Below are positions 57,346-64,000 of a stretch of 64,000 bases of DNA, piece by piece (the stretch's first letter is position 1; the number at the start of each line of letters is the position of its first letter). This DNA is from Azolla caroliniana. Lineage: Eukaryota > Plantae > Polypodiophyta. A program made the translations under genes and the position numbers. The stretch spans positions 6,882,001-6,946,000 of the forward strand of contig JBHGNT010000010.1 of the NCBI GenBank assembly GCA_043228905.1. Reading direction: 5' to 3'. Under the pieces are notes generated by a model. It was given only the letters and a program-made list of their open reading frames with translations, had not been told where the DNA came from and did not search any database.

Positions 57346-58870
57346 TGTTAAGGACAGAAGGATCGGAGCTACAAGGATACTACAAGGATGCGATTGACAA
57401 GCCTAAAAGTGCTACAAAGACAAATTGACAAGCTAAGGAGCAAGTATCATTAATTGGTGTTGTTCACCTTGAATTCAACTAAGTGGCATGCATGCCTGTT
57501 GCGTGCATGTGATACACTAGAGCATGTATGTACGCATGCATGTGCCAAGTGTGAATAATACAATGGAGCAATTATGCTCATGATGCTAATTTAAAGCTAC
57601 AAGGAACAATTATGTATATGATTCTATATTGGACATGTTGGTTAACACATAACGCTTGATTACAACATGAGAGGCCACGAGTTCGGATCTTGACATGATC
57701 GTTGTCATTATCCTCCAGGTGGTGCAAGCTTCTGTGGATAACAAAGATGGAAATCACGAATTGCCTCTGCTGCATTCCTCAAATGGTGGTGAGGTTCCCA
57801 AGTAGCTTCAGATACCAGGTATCCTTTTCAGTGTACCAGATAATAGAGTTTTCGACATAGAAGCTTGGAGTCTAGGATTTCTTCAACTTCATATTCATTC
57901 TCCAACCTAATGGGCGGTGGTCGAGAGGGTTGCCGCCCAGGAAGTACATAGGGATGGTAAACCTCCAAGAGAGATACATGAAAAATGTCATGAATGTGAT
58001 AGTGGGGAGGAAGATCGAGCAGATAGGCCACAAGATTAATACACTCGGAGATGCGGAAGGGGCCCAATTTTGTGTAATCTAGCTTGGCACATGGACGAGT
58101 GGTCATAATATTATGCCATAGTAGCTAAACCATGTCACCTACCCGTAGATGGTTGGTCGTTGCCTTTTGTCGGTCTTGCACATTAACGAGCTCAAGAGTT
58201 AGATCTTGGTGGATTTATTTTAGACAACACACCCGCTCTTTAGCCGAGGCGCACAACGTTTCCCAAGATTAGATTCGTTGTCTCTAAGCCTGAGATGGCT
58301 TTGGAACATGGTATAAAATGCGCCATTTTGGTAAATCGGTCCATGACTACTAAGATGGACTCATGTCCCTCAGAGAGTGGCAAGTCAGTGATGAAGTCCA
58401 TAGATATATATGACCACGGCCAATCCGGTAGTGGGAGAGGTCTTGATGAAGTCTTTCACTAGCTTCCACATTTGGGGCCACCAATAGGTCCGAGAGATCA
58501 ACTCTAAAGTTTTGGTGACCCCAAAATGGCCTACAAGAGAACCATCGTGGCATTCAGTTAGTATGTGAACTGGGCACGACCCTTCTGGGACGTAGACTAG
58601 ATTGTTCCTCAGGAGTACCCCATCTCGAAAGGAGAATTTTTCAAGGTCATCTCACCGTGATCGATGAGTTCGATCCTCGAAACATGCTTTGATTTCTTGA
58701 GTAAAGAGATCGGTTGCAGTGGTCATGGTGATGTCAACAAGGAGGGTCTCATCTTGGAGGACATAGGTTGTGAAGATTTGAACTTGATCAGGTGTCAACA
58801 AACATTGGGATTGTTGATCGTACGCCTTATCCCCGGGGCCGGGTGCTAGCTCCTGCCGCCTAAGAAGAGC
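57346..58870 (-). mobile_element. Decayed Tcn1-like chromovirus 3' part (integrase, chromodomain, probable LTR about 57346-57707)
   Basis: KLDYTKLGPF, IHDIFHVSLLE, EYEVEEILDSK...YLVH*KGY...ATWEP. Confidence 0.8.
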
Positions 58871-58892
58871 ATCGGCTTTGCTATGCTAGTGT

Positions 58893-61800
58893 TGTTGAAT
58901 ATGGGTCTCTAATGGACATATTCACATTTGTCCCATTTGTACAAACTAGTTTTAGGCCATCTTTGTAAATACTAAGAAGGGCAGTTGCCCTAAGTCGGTC
59001 AATATACAAACTTATTTTGTAACCTAGTTTGTGTGGTTGTTTTGTTTCTATACATTGTGCCATTAGGCTTGAAAAATATAGATTCATTTTGTGGCGACTT
59101 CTCTGCTCAATATGTCTTGCTATCTCTTGATCTTGTTGATTGATTAAGTAGTTTGTGGTTATCAATCTACTTTATATGCATCTATCAATGATCACTCATC
59201 ACAGAGGAGTAATATTGTTCTACACTAGACGGCCGCGTTCTCAACATTTGGTATCAGAGATGATCGTTTTCGATTATGTTGTCACAGTCTACGTAGTCAC
59301 CAACAAAAACTCTTCTTCTGTACACTCTACAAGACCATCTTCATGAAGAGAAACACCTGCAAAGTCTACACTCCATAATTTGTTCTAAATCACCATTGAA
59401 GTAAGCCAATCAGTTGTACTTTACCCCTGTGATTATAGCCGCTCGGAGTGAGATTTTGTCTTGAAGGTTTTGCCTCAATTGTGCTACATTAGTGTAGACG
59501 AAATTATAATAGGTCGTTCAACGTTATTTACTCGCTCGTCGTACTCACTTGTAGCAGTTTGGGCTCTAGGGAACAACCCCAATATGTGCTTCATTCAGCT
59601 GAACGACATTCGGGAGGACCAATTGGCTCTGTCCCTCTCATCGTTGCAGCCACCCGAAGCAGGTTCAGCTTGGATAATCGGCACAAATCTATGATCGGTA
59701 TCTTAAAATCGAGTGTCAAAATCGAATCGGCAAATTCGGGTCCAATTTGACTAGGCTAACTGGTCAGTCACCTCGGATCGAATACACTGATAGTCGAATT
59801 CAATTCGGCTTGTTTTCAAGCTCAACTAAAACTATATTGGGTGAACCAGTCAGTCACACGACTGTCCGTAGTCGACTCCGGACAAAGTCGGGTAAACCAA
59901 CACATATGGCATCGACATGTGGCTCATCAGTGATGAGTCTGAGGAAGTTCAACAGATCGAACTTCAACTTTTGGAAGGAGTACATGTAGGACTATCTTAT
60001 AGTCAAGGGGCAAATCGACCCCATCGAAAACGAAAACCCTCCAAAAGGATACAAGCTGATCGAGTGGTAGAAGTGGACAGAATTGTTCGCGCCACAATTC
60101 GGATGCACCTCTCGGAGTCTGTGTACTTCATAGTGCAATCGTGTTCGACTACCTTCCAACTATGGAAGACACTTTCAAACACTTATGAAAAGAAGGTCTC
60201 CGCCACAAAGATATATCTTATTCGACGCCTTTACAACCTTCGAATGACATAATCCAACTCGTTCCAGGCACATCTAAATGAGTATAAAAGCTTAAGCTCC
60301 CAAATTGCGTCTCAGGGGACGACGATCTAAGACGAACTAAGAGCAATGTTGCTCATGAGCAGTCTCCCCCCTTCGTGGGAAACTTTCATTACTACTGTGT
60401 GCAATGCGTCGACTACTGCCGTCAAATACTCCTCAGTCATGAGTGCAATATTGACTGAAATAGCTCGGAGGAATCATTTGCAAAGGACTCGAATAATGAA
60501 GCCTTTGTAGTACAAGGTTCGACCGACTGATCGAACAGTCGAGGAAGAAGTTCCTCTCGATCGTCGAACAACCAACAAAGTTGGAGCAAATCTCGGTATA
60601 ATTGAGTCTACAATTATTGCAAGAAACCTAGACACATCAAAGCCGATTGTCGTGCACTCAAAGCCAAAAACGACAAAGCTCAGCAAGCGGATCAAAAGAG
60701 TGGCCGGCATGAGGAAGTCAATTACGTCGACTCTTCAGTCGAAGTACTACCGAGCAACCCGAACCTAGTCAAATCAGAAGTTCTACTTATGACTGACGAA
60801 TCGGGCACATGGCTCTTGGATTCGGGCGCTTCATATCATGTGACACCTCATCGATCCCAATTTCAGCACCACTCGGTCTGACATTCTGACTCAATTTGAG
60901 TCGGAAATTCGCAACACTGCCCCATAATCAGGATTGGCACTGTAGAGCTTAACCTTCTAAGTGGCTCTACATTAGTACTACACAATGTCCGACATGTACT
61001 TGAGCTCTCAAGACCTTTGATCTCAATCGGAAAATTGGATGAAGACGGCATCCATGCCGACTTCTCATCGGGAGGGTGAACACTCCACAGGGGGAACCTC
61101 CTACTTGCTCACGGACCAAAAGTACATTCTTTGTACCCATTGTACATCACACTTAGAGAAGGTGACTTGTTCCTAGTTAATATCCCTGTGTCATCCCTAT
61201 GGCATCGACGACTTGGACACCTCAACAAGGCTGGCATAACACATTTATCTAGAGCTGGATACATCCCTAAACTCTCATTCTCTGATCCTCAATTTTGCAA
61301 GCACTGCAAGTACTGCAAACAAATAGTCGCATCACACCCAACATCAGCACCAAGAGAATCAAGTCCACTTGATTTGGTCCACTCGGACGTCTGTGGTCCT
61401 ATGCCACATTAGTCTCTCGGCGGTGCTCTGTATTTCGTCAGCTTCATTAACGACTCCACTCGGAAGGTGTGGGCTTATCCAATCAAAACTAAAGATCGAG
61501 TATTCTCGATTTTCTCCAATTGGCTCACTATGGTAGAAAACTAGAACATTCAAAAGTTGAAATGCATTCGAACTGATAATGGAGGAGAGTTCAAATTTGA
61601 AGAATTCGTCAAATTTTGCTGACAACATAGAATTCGACGTGAATATATGACACCCTACAGTCCAGAGCAGAATGGAAATGTCAAGCGAATGAATCAGACA
61701 ATTAAAGAAAGGATAGTTTCCATGCTCCAACACTTCGGACTACCGGATGGCTTCTAGGCAGAGGCCCTACTTATGCCAGTACACATAATCAACATGTCAC

Positions 61801-64000
61801 CGAGTAGGCCTCTTGAACTTCGAATACCTCAGGAATTATGGACTAGTAGTAAGCCAAATTATGACAAATTGAGGATTTTTGAGTGCGAGGCGCATGCCCT
61901 CATATCGAAAGATGATCGCTGCAAACTTGCACCAAGATCCAGGAAATGTGTCTTCCTTGATTATGGACTAGATGGCCAAATTGGCTACCGACTCTGGGAC
62001 CCGAAGCACAGACAGATCGTTCAAAGTTCGGACGTAGTGTTCAATGAGTCAACTATGCATAAGACGGTTGAAAAGGCCTATTACAGTCCAACCAGTAACT
62101 TTTTCCGAAGTGCCGACCCTTCACGAAGGCCTAGCCCATAACACGATATTGGCTTCACGGGTAACCGAATCCTCAAGCCCCGACTCGACAATGCTCGACT
62201 CGGAACAACCGAATGGTTCAGCTTTGGACCGTCCAAACTCAATACCCGATGCGACTAGTCCAGTCATACCTTGAAGATTCGAGACACTGTAGGAGCCCCC
62301 GGAGAGGTACTCTCCTGGCATCTTCTTTACGGACGGTGGTGAACCGAAGTCATACAAAGAAGCATTGGCATCAGCCGATTCGGCCACATGGCATCTGGCG
62401 ATGGAGTTGGAAATGAACTCCATTCAAGCAAACAAAACTTGGGACCTGGTTGAATTATCGAAAAATTGACACGCTCTTCTATGCAAGTGGGTCTACAAAC
62501 TAAAAGAGACGTCCGATTCGGCCACCCCTAAATTCAAGGCCAGATTAGTAGAGAAAGGGATTCGACAAGAATATGGCGTCGATTTCGACGAAATCTTTTC
62601 ACCAATGGTGAAAATGACAACCCTCCGCTTTATGCTCGGCGTAGTGGCAACCAAAGATTTGGAGCTGACTCAACTAGATGTAAAACAACATTCCTCCATG
62701 GTGACCTACAGGAGGAAATTTATATGGAGCAGCCGAAAGGCTTTGTGGTATCTGGTCAAGAACATCTAGTCTGCGGACTCAAGTAGAATCTTTACGACCT
62801 AAAACATGCACCGAGACAATGGTATAAGAAGTAGTGCCTCTTCACGAAAACAACTCGAGATGGGTTCCCCATCTTCCTCATCATCTACGTGGACGACATG
62901 CTACTCTTTGGTCGGCATGCCGGAGAGCTCACCAAACTTGTTCGACAACTACGATTGAAGTTTTCCATGAAGGACCTTGGTCTAACAAGTCACATTCTCA
63001 GCATGAAGATCAATCGGAATCGAAATCGAAGATAGTTGTTTTTATCTCAATCTGACTACACAAGACCTGTCTTAGAACGCCTCAACATGCAATCGACAAA
63101 ATCTGCTTCGACCCCACTCCCCATTGGCATTCGGCTGTCTCAGCGAGACTGCCCGGCATTCGGTTCAGAGGGGGAAATTATAAAGTCAATATTGTATGCA
63201 CCAGCAGACGCTCCTTAATGTACGCAATGGTCACTACATGGCTTGACATTGCTCACGTCGTCAGAGTCGTTAGCAAATTCATGCACAATCCCGGTCGATC
63301 ACATTGGAACGTGGTAAAGCATGTGTTCAAATATCTAGTGGGCACAAAAGAATATGGCATCCTGTTCGGCCCGAATGACACTTTAGGCGTAGTCGGTTAC
63401 ACCGACTCGGATTTTGCCGGTTGTGTGGACAGTCAAAAATCGACAACCGGTTACTATTTCAAATTCGGCAATGGAGCAATCTCGTGGAAATTGAAACGTC
63501 TGGAGTGTAATGCTACATCAACAACTGAGGCCGAATACATAGCCGCATTGGATGCGGCGAAAGAAGCTTTATGGCTCGGTCAGATAGCATGCACGTTTCG
63601 ACAAGTTGAATTCAACTCGGCTCCAGTTGTCTATAGCGATAGTCAGGGCACTATTGCTTTGTCGAAAAATTCGGTTCATCACAACGCCTCCAAGCATATC
63701 GATGTTCGATATCACTTTGTTTGGGACTACGTCATTTCAAGGAAAATCCGCCTCGAGATGATATCTACAATCGACAATGTCGTAGACGGGATGACCAAGT
63801 GGCTTTCGGCGGATCGATTCCAATCCCTTTGGCACCAGATGTGCGTAACGAAGAATCAGTCCGAGTGAGTCGGACATTAAGGATGTTTTCGAACAATCTT
63901 TTTCAACAATTCGAAGATCGGCTGCAGGCCCTCTGATTTCAGCTAATTCAGCCTTCTATCTTTTCCTTCTCAGAGTTTACCGACTCGAACAAAAATCTGA
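58893..64000 (+). mobile_element. Decayed Ty1/copia element E (5' LTR about 58893-59246; 3' end outside the window)
   Basis: TGTTGA...TCAACA; PBS TGGTATCAGAG at 59249; WLLDSGASYH, LWHRRLGH, VHSDVCGP, TDNGGEF, YVDDML, YTDSD, TEAEY; many stops and frameshifts. Confidence 0.92.

Overview
Eukaryotic, intron-containing, transposon-rich DNA from a land plant. A bryophyte or other non-seed plant is inferred from the Tcn1-like chromovirus remnants and fungal-type gypsy. Host genes: a two-exon MAP kinase phosphatase 1 (42339-45229) and a tRNA-Arg(UCG). The rest is nested mobile elements: two full-length copies (A, 1215-10091, intact; C, 26945-36844, decayed) and one fragment of a non-chromoviral Ty3/gypsy family with an extra ORF and no polypurine tract; a second gypsy (B) with a candidate -1 frameshift pseudoknot; an intact Tnt1-like copia (D, 48997-54452); and several decayed gypsy, copia, LINE and hAT pieces. 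The most notable signal is a degenerate, intron-split, bacterial-type beta-class amino (N4C/N6A) DNA methyltransferase gene (about 18040-19101) inside a hAT-like DNA transposon. All alignments and counts were made by eye; no database searches were run.
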